DNA of 64,000 nucleotides from Trichinella spiralis. Its lineage: Eukaryota. The stretch is taken from positions 3,638,847 through 3,702,846 of the forward strand of contig NW_003526945.1 of the NCBI RefSeq assembly GCF_000181795.1, read 5' to 3'. Shown here one piece after another: positions 40,508 to 53,098 of the stretch (its first letter is position 1; the number at the start of each line of letters is the position of its first letter). Position numbers and translations under genes: made by a program. Under the pieces are notes generated by a model, which was not told the DNA's origin, did not search any database, and saw only the letters and a list, made by a program, of their open reading frames with translations.

Positions 40508-43500
40508 ATGACAGATCTCCACAAGTGTAACAATGATTTTTTGACGTTGAAGAAAACTGTCGAAGAGTTGTTCAGTGTTGATGCTGAAAAGCGGAAAAAA
40601 GCGGAAAGTGTATTGCAAGAATCGTTGAAATGTCCAGGTAGTATTGGGATGATTATCGTCGCAGTGATTTGTTGTTGTCTATTTTTGATCATTTCACTTG
40701 TTCGCAGGTTTTGTGCGTGTTCTGCTCAGGGCGTGTTTGAGTGCGGATTTCAGCGTTTCGGCTCGCCAGTTGGCAGCGATAAGTTTGAAAAATTTCATCA
40801 AAAGTTCTTGGATTTCCGATCTTGAAGGAAGCACCCAGATCGGCGAAGAGGACAAAATTTACATTCGAGACAGTATTGTCGGGGCGATGGTGAACAGCTC
40901 GCCGCTCGTCAAAAAGCAGCTAACCGAAGCTATTTGCTTCATTGGTAAGTACGATTTTCCGTCGAATTGGAAATCGTTGCTCGACGCGTTGGTCAAGTGC
41001 ATTGAATCGGGCGATTTGTCCATCGTCAACAGTGCTCTGGTCACAGCCGAACAGTTGTTCAGGCGTTATTCGACCGAGTCGAAAAGTGAAAAGTTGTGGC
41101 GCGAAATTAAATACGTTCTCGACAATTTTGCCGATCCGTTGACCAAGCTGTTCACGTCGTTGACGTCGAAAGTGAGCGGAGAAGAGATGAAACATTTCGA
41201 CAACGGCTGCACGATGCAAATTTACGAAACTTTTGTCGACACTGTGAAAATATTTTATCATCTCAATTTTCAAGATTTGCCCGAATATTTCGAAGATCAC
41301 CTCGACGAATGGATGGGCGGATTCAAAGTGTTGCTTGAGTTGAAAAATGTCTACAGTTGTCCGGAAATTGGAAACTTGAAGATGTCGTTTTGCGCTCAAA
41401 TATGCGACAATTTGGCCATGTTCGCGGAAAAATACGAAGAAGAATTTTTCAACCACGTGATGAATTTTGTCAAAATTGTTTCCCAGCAGTTGTTGAGCGT
41501 CTCGGCCGAGGAAAAATATGACGAGTTCCTTTCCAAAGGCATCGACTTTTTGGCAACCGTGTGCGGCAAGCCGCCCTACAAATTGTTGTTTGAAAACGGC
41601 GAAATCTTGTCCCAAATTTCCGAGTGCATCGTTTTGCCGAGCTTGGAACTGAGAGCGTGCGATGTCGACAATTTCGAGGTAGATTCTGTTGTTGTGTTCC
41701 GGCAGAACTGAAATCGGTGAACAGGCAAATTGTTTGTTTCTAGAACTCCCCGAACGACTACGTCCTCTTCGATTTGGAAGGTTCCGTGGCCGAATCCCGC
41801 CGACGTTCGGCGTGCAATTTCATCAGCGCCGTTTGCAAGCAGTTCTCGGACACGGTGGAGCCGATGTTCACGTTGCACTTGCACAATCTGCTTGTCCAAT
41901 ACAGCGAAGATCCGGCGGAAAATTGGTCCCGCAAAAGTATAGCTATCAACTTGTTGTTGGCCATTTGCTGTCGCGGCACGACGCAAAAGGCGACCATCAG
42001 CCCAATATTGAACGTCAACGAATTCTTTCTCACCCAGTTGAAGCTGGTGTTCGAATCGGCCCTGGGAAATGCCTTGCTCAAGGCGGACATATTGAAATTT
42101 CTCATCTTATTCCGCACCGAAATACCCAAACCGACGTTTGTTAACATTTTGCCTACTGTTCGAAATTTGCTTTGTCACGACAGTGCCGTTCTGCGCATCT
42201 ATTCGGCAATTTTACTGGAAAAACTCTTAATAGGCAAGAGACAATTGTAAACTTGTACTGTTTGTTTTCGTTTTTCTATTACAGTATACATACCTATATA
42301 TATCTATATATATATATATAGTAAGGTGTTGATTTTTAATGATTTACAAGTACAACTGTATTGTAATTATAATTTAAATGACTGTCTGATTTGTTTTTTA
42401 GGCGGCCCGGTGGCAGTTTTAGAATTGTCCGACGTGACCGGTTCTTACAAGATTATTTTTGAAAATCTGCTGAAAGCACTGGAATTGCCCGACACAGTTC
42501 ACTGCGAATACGTGATGCGCTGCTTCATGCGACTCATAGAGGCGATTTTCAATTTGGGCGCCGACGCTGTGCGAGAATATTTCAATACGATCGCGATGAA
42601 AATTTACTCTCTGATCACCTCGCCCGGGCCGCCCATGTTCAACCATCTACTCTGCGAGTCGATGTGCCTGTTGATAAGGCTTTGCGGGCCGACTGATAAT
42701 TTCAACGCCGAAGATATTCTGTTTCCAATTTTTCAACAAATTTTGCAATCGGAAAGCAACTACCTGTTGCCTTGGGTTTTCCAAATGTTGGCGTTGCTGT
42801 TGAACCGTCGAACTGGCGAAGCTCAAATTCCGCCAGTATATATGGTTCTGCTGCCGCACTTGTTGAATCCCGAAGTTTGGTCCAATCCGGTCAATTTGCC
42901 GTCAGTGACACATTTGTTGACGGTCAGTTGTTTGCTGAACGAGATTTGAATCTCTCGTTGAATAATTTTCAAATCACTTTTTAAGGTCTACATGCGTGTC
43001 AATAGTGGAGAATTGTCGAAAGAGGATTATTTGATCAAAGTATTGACCATATTTCAACGGTTGGTGTTTTCGAAATCGTTCGACGAAAACGGCATGCGAC
43101 TGATGAACGCGTTCATCGACTACGGCCTACGAAATCACGTTGACATGTACTTGGACGACATATTGCGAGTGGTATTCAAACGGCAACAAGAAAATCAGAC
43201 GTACAAATTCAGCCGTATGTTTGTGATTTTGATTTGCCACATGGTCGTTCGTTTTGGTGCGATGGCAGCGTTGGCCAGAATTGAAAATATCCAAAATGGT
43301 CTGTTCGGTAATATTGTGGAAAAGTTGTTCATCGCGAAATCGTACACGTTCAAAAGATCCGAAGATGCGATGATTTTCATATACAGCGTTCTCCAGTTGC
43401 TCTACTGTTGCATTGAATTCAAAATCAACGGCGTGTACAGGTGGGTGGGATTGATTTGCAAATTGCGATAATTTGAATTTGAATTTTTTTTTTTACGATT

Positions 43501-43817
43501 CTTGTTCAACTTTCAGCAAATATACTGTGGATTTGCTCCAAATGGTTCATGCGTCGTTTCACAAACATTCGGAAATTATTTTTGTCAGCACTGAAGGCGT
43601 GCACAACGCAATCGACGAAGATATGGTCAGTAATGTGCTGTATCACGCGGATGTTATTGAATTTCATATACCCGGTACGGAAAATTTCGCAAAACTCTAC
43701 ACCCATGCTATAGGGCAAATGCTCAGAGATGCTGCGCTGAAAGATGCCGTGGAAAGTTTTCTGTCTCGACTGACCGAACAAGAAAGAGAACTTTTGCGCA
43801 TGATGAGCCTTCGTTGA
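40508..43817 (+). CDS. xpo-2: Exportin-2 / CSE1L (importin-alpha re-exporter), 6 exons
   Basis: RQLAAISLKNFIK..W, QLTEAICFIGKYDFPSNW, KIFYHLNFQDLPEYFEDHL, DLEGS..ESRRRSAC, LPWVFQMLALLL, FQRLVFSKSFDENG. Confidence 0.95.
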
Positions 43818-44021
43818 TCACACACATGCCCGACTTTTTTTTCATTCAATTAATAATTGTGTACACTTCTTCATCAGTTTTTATTTTTTTTCCCCCAAAC
43901 ATTATTGTATAAATTTCTTCTGTTATTATTCCAAGTTGAAATTAGTCTGACATTTTTTTTGTTTTTTTTTGGGAGGTGGGGAGTGGGGGTTATTGTGCAC
44001 TCTCGAATAGTAGATGATACG

Positions 44022-44024
<3 letters not shown>

Positions 44025-44054
<30 letters not shown>
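44025..44054. repeat. (CA)n microsatellite
   Basis: Direct reading. Confidence 0.95.
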
Positions 44055-44056
<2 letters not shown>

Positions 44057-44165
44057 AAATTTCATCTGCTCTCTCTCTCTCCCTTTCTCTGTTCAGCACC
44101 AGTTAACTGACAACTGACGTCTGTTTTTGTTGAAAAATTCACAAACACCATTGACATTCTTCATC

Positions 44166-44167
<2 letters not shown>

Positions 44168-44197
<30 letters not shown>
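44168..44197. repeat. (TAT)n microsatellite
   Basis: Direct reading. Confidence 0.95.
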
Positions 44198-44200
<3 letters not shown>

Positions 44201-44974
44201 TATATGAAATTGTGATATTGTTTACAGTGTAGTAGTGAAAATTTGTTAATATCATTATTTTTTTACAAGCAGTTTTTTAAATATAAATACATTGATTTTT
44301 TTCTGAACACTTATTGAATGCGCATTGTTTACTTGTCAACAACAGTTTCGCCTTTTTTTTATCTCGTCAAATTTCAGTTTTGTATTGACAAACAAAACGA
44401 AAGAAAACCAGTTCAAGCAACAATTAGTTGGTGGTAGCCTTTTTCTTAGGCAATTCTCGTCTTTATTTAAAAAATATACACACACACACCCACACATATA
44501 TATATATTTTTTTTTTCTGTCCTACAGTGGGTAAAGTGCAGTGTTCGTTTGATTTGTGAAAATGCTGTTGTGGATTGAAAGGTTGTCAACAAAAAAAATG
44601 CATGGTAAAAAATTGTCCAACTGAGACTATTTCATCGCCTGCATTTTAGAACATTGAATTGGAAATTGATTCAAACCGATTTGCATATTTTCGACGCTTT
44701 ACAACAATTATCGTAATATGACGGTCAGGTCTGAAAGTGCGTTGTTGGAAAATTTTTAAAATTTAGAGTACTTTAAAAATTTTAAACTCAAAGCACTTTA
44801 AAGTCGTCAGCGTTGGTTTGTTTTACTTGCCAGTATTTTGTCGTCGCGCTTCGGTGTGCACTGCTGCTGTTTTCCGCGTACTCTACCCACTGCTGTTTTC
44901 CAATTTGAACCGTGAAGCTGTCTCGAATCGGAATTGAAATCTTTTTTTTTCTACCAGCAAGAGCGTTTTTTGTG

Positions 44975-47002
44975 ATGGATAGAATGTTTGAAATTGTTCT
45001 TTTGGCACTGATTTTTGGTGGTTTTGACTATCGCTTCGTTTCAGGAGGTGAGCACACAATATTATAAAAATTCACTTGTCACATGATCACAGTGTAGGTT
45101 TTTGAGTAATTGGTTTAATAAATTGGAAATAATTATTTAGCCGATAATTTGATCTTACGTCTCTTATTTGGCAATGTGAAAATTTATTTTGAAACAGTAT
45201 CTTTCAGCAATTAAATTTTCTGTTTTTCATCTACTGCAGAGCATTCATGTAATATTCCAGATATTATGAATTAAAAAATATCTTTCATTTATAATCTATA
45301 TGCAAAAAATGTTTGTTTGTTCATGTTGTGTTGGATAATATTTTCATAAAATGAAATTACTTTGACTAGGACTGCGACGATTATGATTTTATTATAATTT
45401 GAAATTTTTAGGCATTTATTGTCCAGAGTTTAAATTGTCGACTGATTTAATTCATTTTAAACTTGAGATCAGAACAAATCTACATGATGAATGCGTATCA
45501 GAAGTTCCGGAATATCATATTTTTAAACAATTATTTCACATCATTGACAATTTTGAACGCGCATGCAATTATTATTTTCACGGACACTTGCATTGGAATC
45601 GAAATCGTTTCGTAGACGTCTATAAACGGTTTAGAACAAAAGCTCCGTGGTTCCATCAAGGATATGCTATTCGAAAATGGGATTTGGACGGCCGGGAAGA
45701 AGTAGCAACGGGCATTTCTGAAGGAATTCTCCGTGTAGACAGACTTTATCGTCGAAAAAATTTGCTAGAAAATGAGAGCTCTCTAGTTTATGAAGATATT
45801 ATCACCTCTGTTCCGAAGGGTGGTGATTTCAAAGTTCAGCTGTGCTCATTAATCGTTGACGACAGTGTGAAGGGGAACTTTGAGTTCTATGGTAATACAT
45901 CTGCTAACATTTTATGGGAACCGTGTACTCAGCGAAACACCACCCGTTTTTATTGTCGAATGCCACCCCTTGATATGAGCCATTACGCAAGGGTTTCTCC
46001 TGTTGCTTGCAAAGATGGTTACACTGGCTTTTATTGTTTATTGAGTAAGAATTCAGTCAATTTTGTCTGTATGAAATTATTTGTCATTTAATTAATTAAT
46101 TAGTATTTTCAAATGAAATTTTCTGTTGAACAGTTTTTAGTAAATTGACATACATATAAAAGATTTACTGGAAAACGGAAACTTTTAATATTCAGAATCT
46201 GAATCTCTGAATTTGATGTTTTTCAAATATTATAAACGTTATTTGAAATACATAGTTAATAATTACTACAATTTAGAAGAAAACAGCTGTGAAGTTAGAA
46301 AGTGCAATGAGAACGGACAATGCTTTTTGGGAGTTGATGGAGATAGGTGCCTCTGCTTTCCTGGTTATAGCGGAATAAGCTGTAACGGTAATAATTATGT
46401 ACTTTGCTAATTGATCTTATCTATATCGTGTCTAATTTGAAGAGACGGTGGATCCTTGTATAGATGTAAACTGCAATAACCGTGGAAACTGCACGGTCAA
46501 GAATGGCCATTCAGTTTGCGTTTGCGATGATGAAAATTATACTGGAGCGTTCTGTGAACGTCGTAAGTAAAATTATATTTTCCAATAACGTAATTAATAA
46601 TTTATTAATTGCATTATTCACATTCATCATCTGATGCGATTTTGAAGCAGAAAAGCATAAAAACAGTCTATTTGAAAGTAAATAAATGAATTACTAAACA
46701 CATTCTTCAGTTGAAAATTAAATATAAGCTAAAAATTAAAAATTTTTCATTAAAAGAATATTTTTCAATTAAAAAATTTGCCATCTGATGTAGTATTTAT
46801 TTTGTTTCAATATCGCATCGGATCAACTTTCAATATGCCTTTTTGCACAAGATGTGATGTTAAACATTCAAAAGTGTTTGTTATTATTATTATTATTATT
46901 ATATTAAATGAAATTTTCATTTTAGATGTTCCACTTCGAAATCAAGATGACGAGCTTTCTGAACCAACGGATGCGTACAGTTTTTCGCATTTATTCGATT
47001 GA
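44975..47002 (+). CDS. Secreted protein with an unrecognised N-terminal domain and EGF-like repeats, 5 exons
   Basis: Signal exon MDRMFEIVLLALIFGG.. ending in gtgag. EGF motifs CKDGYTGFYC, CNENGQC..CLCFPGYSGISC and CNNRGNC..CVCDDENYTGAFCE. Phase-1 introns are consistent. No transmembrane segment. Confidence 0.85.
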
Positions 47003-47690
47003 CTTTTCTCGCATACACTCACTGCTTTACAAATATTTATTTTATTTTATTTCACATTTTCATTTAAAATAATTATTATTTTAATTCATCACTGGAACCT
47101 TTTTGTTTATTGATAAAGATTTTATGTTTATTATTATTAATATTTTGTACCGTATTTTACTGTAATAATTGATATGCAAGATAAGAATTAACGAAGTTTT
47201 TGTTGCATTTATTATCATTAATAAAATTTTATAAAAATATAATTTTGTTCAAAATGATCAATCACTGCTACTGCTAAATTTTTTCACTGCTATTCCATAT
47301 TAAAAAAAGAAAATAAACAAATTGCATACTACTATAATTATGAAAAATTGCGATAAATACTGTAATACAGTATTTTTACACCTATTTTTTGTTTCATTTC
47401 TGTAGTGATAAATTGAGATTGTTTCATATATGTGTTATTTATTATTGTTTTTACTTCAACGATAACTCTTTTACATACAATATCATTATTGTTTGTTTAT
47501 ATGTAAATGCAATTACGTCCATTGTGCTTTAACAAGTTGTGCAGTTGGTTTAGTAACTATTTTTAAACAAGTGCAACATTTTAGAGTGATTTTAAAAAAT
47601 ATAGATCATTAGGTTAATTTGCACAAGTAATTCATACAAATTGCTTTGTTATTTTTGCAAGGTCATATTCGCATTTCATTGTTTATTTAG

Positions 47691-48131
47691 ATGTCTTTGA
47701 TTACTCCAGGCAGACCTGGTCTGGTTGGACCATTGATCAATGGTCCTTTGCAAGATGTATTTGCTACAATGCTCACACATCAAGGAACGCCGTGTGAAAA
47801 TTTCGAGATGAACTACATGCGCTGTATGGAAGCTTATGGGCAGATTCTTGGAAAACGTTACTGTGATTTAGAATTGCGTGATTTTTATGAATGCGTTTAC
47901 AAAACCAAAAGAGTAAACGTTTGCATTGAAATAGATTTCGCTTCATTCGTTCATTGTATGCATTTGTAAGTAAATGTACAGTTTTTTTTTTAGGAAAATC
48001 GTTTTATGACTATTCGTCATGAACGTTCAAGACAGTTTCTCAATGGCGACAGAGATCGACCATTTGAAAAGGACAAATTACCGCCACATTCAACATCACC
48101 AGATTACTTTAGTCACAATCGCATATTGTAG
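47691..48131 (+). CDS. NDUFS5: NADH dehydrogenase complex I subunit S5 (twin CX9C)
   Basis: CENFEMNYMRC..CDLELRDFYEC. Intron 47913-47993. Exon 2 ENRFMTIRHER..SHNRIL*. Confidence 0.88.
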
Positions 48132-49172
48132 AAGTTGTTCTGTAATAATAATGTTTCATTAAAATTTGGTCTGCCGTTTCATCGTTGCATAGCTTTTCTC
48201 GAAGTCATTTTCTTATAGGGAAAGTTATGATCATTGGAAAGAGTCATTTATTTTACTAAACTTTTATGGTTTTTTTTGACATTCCTGTTTAATTTTCGAA
48301 CTGATTTAATTTTGCTGACCAAATGTCGTCAAAACACTTCGCGTAAAAATGTTTTGTCATCTGTAAATGCCAAACATCTGTGCAAAGCATTTGCAATGCA
48401 TCTGTAAGTTGATGACGATGATTTGATGTAACAATATTGACCAGTATTAAAAAAACTACTGAATAAAATGACTAAATGAAATTGAGAATACCATCTGCAT
48501 TCATCAGTAAGTTAAAGAAAGATGCATTCATTGAAATGGAAAAGATTAATTATTTCGCAGTAAATTTGTGTGCTATCCCCATCTGGTGAACATTATTACA
48601 ATTAAATATTAAATGCGCTCTAATGTTTACACCAAATTTCATATCAACGTATAAGTGGAATTATACATACATTTTTCTATACAGCTTTAATGAGTAATAA
48701 TAATAATAATAATAAATTAAGCAAAGTAAAGTTTTCCTTATAAGCTTTCTCCGTTGATATGAGTTAGTTATAATTTTTATTTTTCATTTGAGTTTTCCGA
48801 AATTCTGATAGTTACACTTTTTTATGCCTTCGGTATAGATGCAGTTTTGTTTAAAGAATACATAAGAAATTTTAATAAAAAATAAACTGATAAATTAAAC
48901 AATATATTATTAAAATTAAATATAATTGATTATATTTCATATAATTTCTTATGGACAATATTTGCTTTGAGTTGATAAAATGGTGCCTACAAACACTTAA
49001 CGTACTGTATTACTTAAGGAAATCAAAATGTTCACTTTTCTGCTGTTGCTGCCGAGAGTTTTCTTTTTTTTTGATCAATTGTTGTTATATTTCCTCACAC
49101 TAATTTCGCTTATTAGTTGTATATTGAATAAATGTCGCTAATGGGCATTTTATAATTTTTAGAGTCTTCATT

Positions 49173-49585
49173 ATGAGCACTGAAAAAGCTTCGAATAAAG
49201 AAGGTGCTTTCAACAAAGATTTGAAGAAATCAGATCAGCCAAACAAAGAAGATGATCCTTATTCTTGGTTTGAGGATGATGAATTTGAAGAATTTTCTGA
49301 TGGCGGTAAGTTTTGCTATAGGAAATTGTGAAGCATATTTTTATGTGAAATTTTAGATTGTTCCGACGGAGAACTGCCGGAAAACAGCGAAGAAAATACG
49401 GAAGATTTGTGGGAAGACAACTGGGATGATGATAATGTTGAAGAAGATTTTTCAGTGCGACTTCAGTATGAATGTTCTGTGTTAATAATATTAATAATTG
49501 CTAATTTTGCGTTGTGCATTTCAGTCGTGAAAGGGCGAAAAATGAAGTCGAAAAGCAAGACACTGAAGAGCCGATGATGGAATAG
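49173..49585 (+). CDS. dss-1: DSS1/SEM1 (26S proteasome subunit), 3 exons
   Basis: FEDDEFEEF and LWEDNWDDDNVEEDFSVRL motifs. Absent from the ORF track because the exons are short. Confidence 0.93.
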
Positions 49586-50250
49586 TCAATTACGAATTAA
49601 TATAGAATTTTGGAACTTAAATAGATGAACTTTTTAATTTATATTTTTTTAAACTTGCTTTCCATTATTTATGAATAGTGTGTTTACAGTTCAATAAATT
49701 TTTTGAAATGCATTCAAATTCAGTTGTTGCAAGTTGCAATCAGAGTCGATCGACTGACATGAAAATTTGATTAGTTGACATTCGCAGAATATTTTTGTTA
49801 ACAATCAGTAGGATAAAGAAGGAATTTACTGCGCATTACAAATATGGTCTGATGAGAGAATTTTCATGTTCAAAAGTGGAAATTTACTCATTGCTGAGCG
49901 ACTGAGCAAAAGAAGTAAAGTTGTAATGAAACTTGCGCGAATTGAAAAATGTGCAAACAAATTGTCCATAAGTGAAGTGAAAATTTAATCATTTTTACGA
50001 ACAGAAAGAACAACGCTAACAAAAACCGATCAGCTCATATTCGTTGACTGTTAATCATTGAATCAAAATTGAATTGCCTACAGAAAATTTGTAAATAATG
50101 ACACTGATGTAAATTATTTTGTAAAAAAATTGACAAGTTTCTGTTCGAAGCCAACAGTCAACAGATGTTGATACCTGAATGCATACAGTAAGCAGTTGAA
50201 CAATATTCCAGCTATGGGGAACAAAGTAAGTGTTGAAGTTTGAAATGAAC

Positions 50251-51427
50251 ATGAGCGGCAATTTAGCAGAGTACGGTGAGTACGTTGTCAGGGTGCCGAA
50301 AATTGATCCATCGTCGAAATGTATAATTTACAAAATCAACAGAAGCAACCTGGACCCGGCACAATTCACCAATATGACAGACAGTTGAGCGTGAAAAAGT
50401 GCCGATCAAGTTGAAGCAGATGAAGCTCAGAATTGTGGGGTTGGAAAAGAAGCTGGTCAGAAAGTTCGAGAAGCCCGGGCTGGACAAAAACAGTTCGGTA
50501 TTGGAGCAGAATTTTCTTATCTTTTCTTGCCAACTTTGTCCACTTCGGTGCCGGACAGCAAGAATTGCAATGTATAATTTTGTTCGAGCAGAGCGAAATT
50601 TTCCACAGTGCTAATTGTCGACTTTCTAATGGTGCATTTTGTCTGTTGAGATGCAAGCTTCGAAAGAGCATTTGCCGTTGCGGTTGGCCGTCGAAGCGAA
50701 TGGCAAAGTACGACATTACCGTGGAATCCGAGACGGTGCAATTTCGAATTATTCGGATTATTGGATTTTTGAAAAGAACGGAAAAAATGCATTCGACGCG
50801 TTTGTTGTTCAAGAACAAGAATCAAGTTCAGGCAGTGAAGATTTCGACAGTGAGGATATTAAATCACCTTTTCTGTTTCGGTGTCAAAGGATAAATGTTT
50901 TTGAATATTTTTGATTAAGTTTAACATTGCTTTTTTAAGTGCAAAACTGATGTTAAACCAGTGTCAAGTAAAAGAAAAGTTGAACTTAGACAGTTTGGCT
51001 GTGCAGAAGCCAGAAAAGAAAGCTAAATTGCCAAATGCTGGGTACGAATTGAAAATTTCATATTACTTGAATTAATTTCAATCATTACTGTAATTATGGG
51101 TTGTTTTCTTTTTGATCTTCGTTTTCTAGGACTGACAGCGATGGTTCAAATGACTGGTTTCGAATAATGGAGGAAGAAGTTCGTCACTGTTTCCAACGAC
51201 ACCCAATGTCAACAACAGATTTGGTGGCAAAGTTCAAATCATATTGCAAAAAAATGAATAAACAGGAAATTGTCTCACAGCTGGCAAACATTTTGAAGAA
51301 ATTAAAGCCTGAACAAACCCGTCGCAAAGGAACACTACACTTCACTTTACTTCACGTGGCACGTAAGCTAAAATTTAATAATACCACCATCTCCATTACT
51401 TACTCTCATCATATTTATTACTTTTAA
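50251..51427 (+). pseudogene. GTF2F1: Disrupted TFIIF large subunit (RAP74/GTF2F1) copy
   Basis: N-terminus EYVVRVPK. In-frame TGA at 50386 and 50392. Conserved block HYRGIRDGAISNYSDYWIF..AFDAFVV. C-terminal winged helix EEEVRHCFQRHPMSTTDLVAKF..LANILKKLKP..LHFTL. Central region is missing. Confidence 0.8.
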
Positions 51428-51707
51428 TTCATCCTATTATTTTACTTATCATTTACTTCCTTATATCATTCATGCCCATCTTCTTTATCCTTCTCATTTA
51501 CATTATAATTATTCAAAGTCCCTTTATGGAACTTTTACATAGATATTATTATTTTACTGTTTGAATATATACATATCTCATTTCTGACGTGATTTTTTCT
51601 TTTTCATTTCATCGGCAGGTATTTTCCACAAATTCGCTGCAGTTTCCATGAATAGATAATAAACTGAAATAACGTCAGACGGGTGTTTTTTGTAAATTAC
51701 CCTTACT

Positions 51708-53098
51708 ATATTGGAAGACCAATTACAAAGACGGTGAGCGCTACGAATTTCAGTATCAGCATTCAATCAACAATTGCAGCAGTAGCACCAAGTTCACGTG
51801 CATCATGATCGATTCGAGCAACAATTCGTAAATTTTAATGAAAATCATGAAATAAAATTCCATTAAGTTATTTATACACCAGAAAATAACAAACATCTTT
51901 CGCCAAAAAACCGTGACAATTAAAATACATGGCTATAGTAGCATCACGGAAAAAATTAAAATTATCAATTCAAATTCAATAGCGTCTGATAAATGACCAT
52001 CTGAGCGAAATACAGGCAGACAGTGTTTTCCTTTTATAACAGTACTCGATAGGACGAAATGGAAAAGTAATTATGACGTTTAATTTGAAACAAAAGAATA
52101 ATCAGGAACCGATGTACAAGAGCACATTGTGCAGAAATTTAAGGACATGAATCAACCAATAAAATCAGACAAAAATTCTAAGAAAAAAAGCAAATAAAAA
52201 ACCAGAAAAACAAAAAATTGCTCATAAAAGCAACATTACATAAATATTTTTGATCAACGAAAAATGAAACTCAAGTAGACAAACTATACAGTAGGAGGAA
52301 ATTAGTAGACTGCTTGTTGTCATCGATTACTGTGGCTTGTTGTCACTCGAGCTGTGCTGAGAAAAGGCTCGCGAAATTGACGAAAATTCGCTTCTATATC
52401 CGATGCTAAAGCGCTACATTAGTACCGATGCATTAGTAAATGACGACTATGGTTTCTTGTAAAGCTAAGAAGATATTTTTCCATCATTATTCTACTATTA
52501 ATCGAATCGTCTCGAAGACGCCGCAAAGTTCTCTCAGTTATGGTATGTGAGACTGAAAAGATGTTTGTTTGTTTTTATTATTCAGTTATCAACCATGCTA
52601 AAGATGCCGTTAAATTCGCTCAAATTTATGAAGAAACAATTGCGCTGTTTTGTTGTTTTCAAACAAAGAACGTCGGCATGCATTTGAAAAGAGCACTCAG
52701 CGGCTGTGTTAGCTGACGCTGATAATTCGTCTAGTTGCATCATTGGCATTTTGCCATGATTGGCTTGAGACGTCATTAAACAGAAAAGCGCAGCGCAGCA
52801 GGTCGTTCCCCGTCAGTTGAAGATAACGCAGGCGATGAACAAACAGTGCGAGCAAAATTTGAACCGGTCTATTAGCCCAGCTATTTCTGGATAATCAGGA
52901 AGGGGAATGTTCATATGAAGCGGTGATTTATGCTGATCAGGCTGCGCCATCTAGTACAATATGAAATGATGAAGATCATCTGGTTACTTTCAACGCTTGA
53001 AGAATGAAACCGTTTAAGAATCAGAACCGCTGCTGCGCATCGACCATACAAAAATCGCTGTTACAGAAGAAACGCGAGGCAGTTTTGGGAAGATTTAC
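51708..53098. repeat. ~1.39 kb dispersed repeat, copy 2 (inverted relative to 14503-15890)
   Basis: See copy 1. Similarity ends abruptly at ...ggaagatttac (53098). Confidence 0.95.

Noticed and set aside
36328..42147. Long antisense or overlapping ORFs (225, 181, 235 and 231 aa) over innexin, the ZP gene and CSE1L
   Set aside because: These are shadow ORFs expected from GC-rich codon usage, with no recognisable motifs.
50386..50394. Two in-frame TGA codons in RAP74 read as selenocysteine or readthrough
   Set aside because: The shifted frame gives the expected VERE-type motif, a 4-bp duplication explains the stops, and the gene has other lesions.
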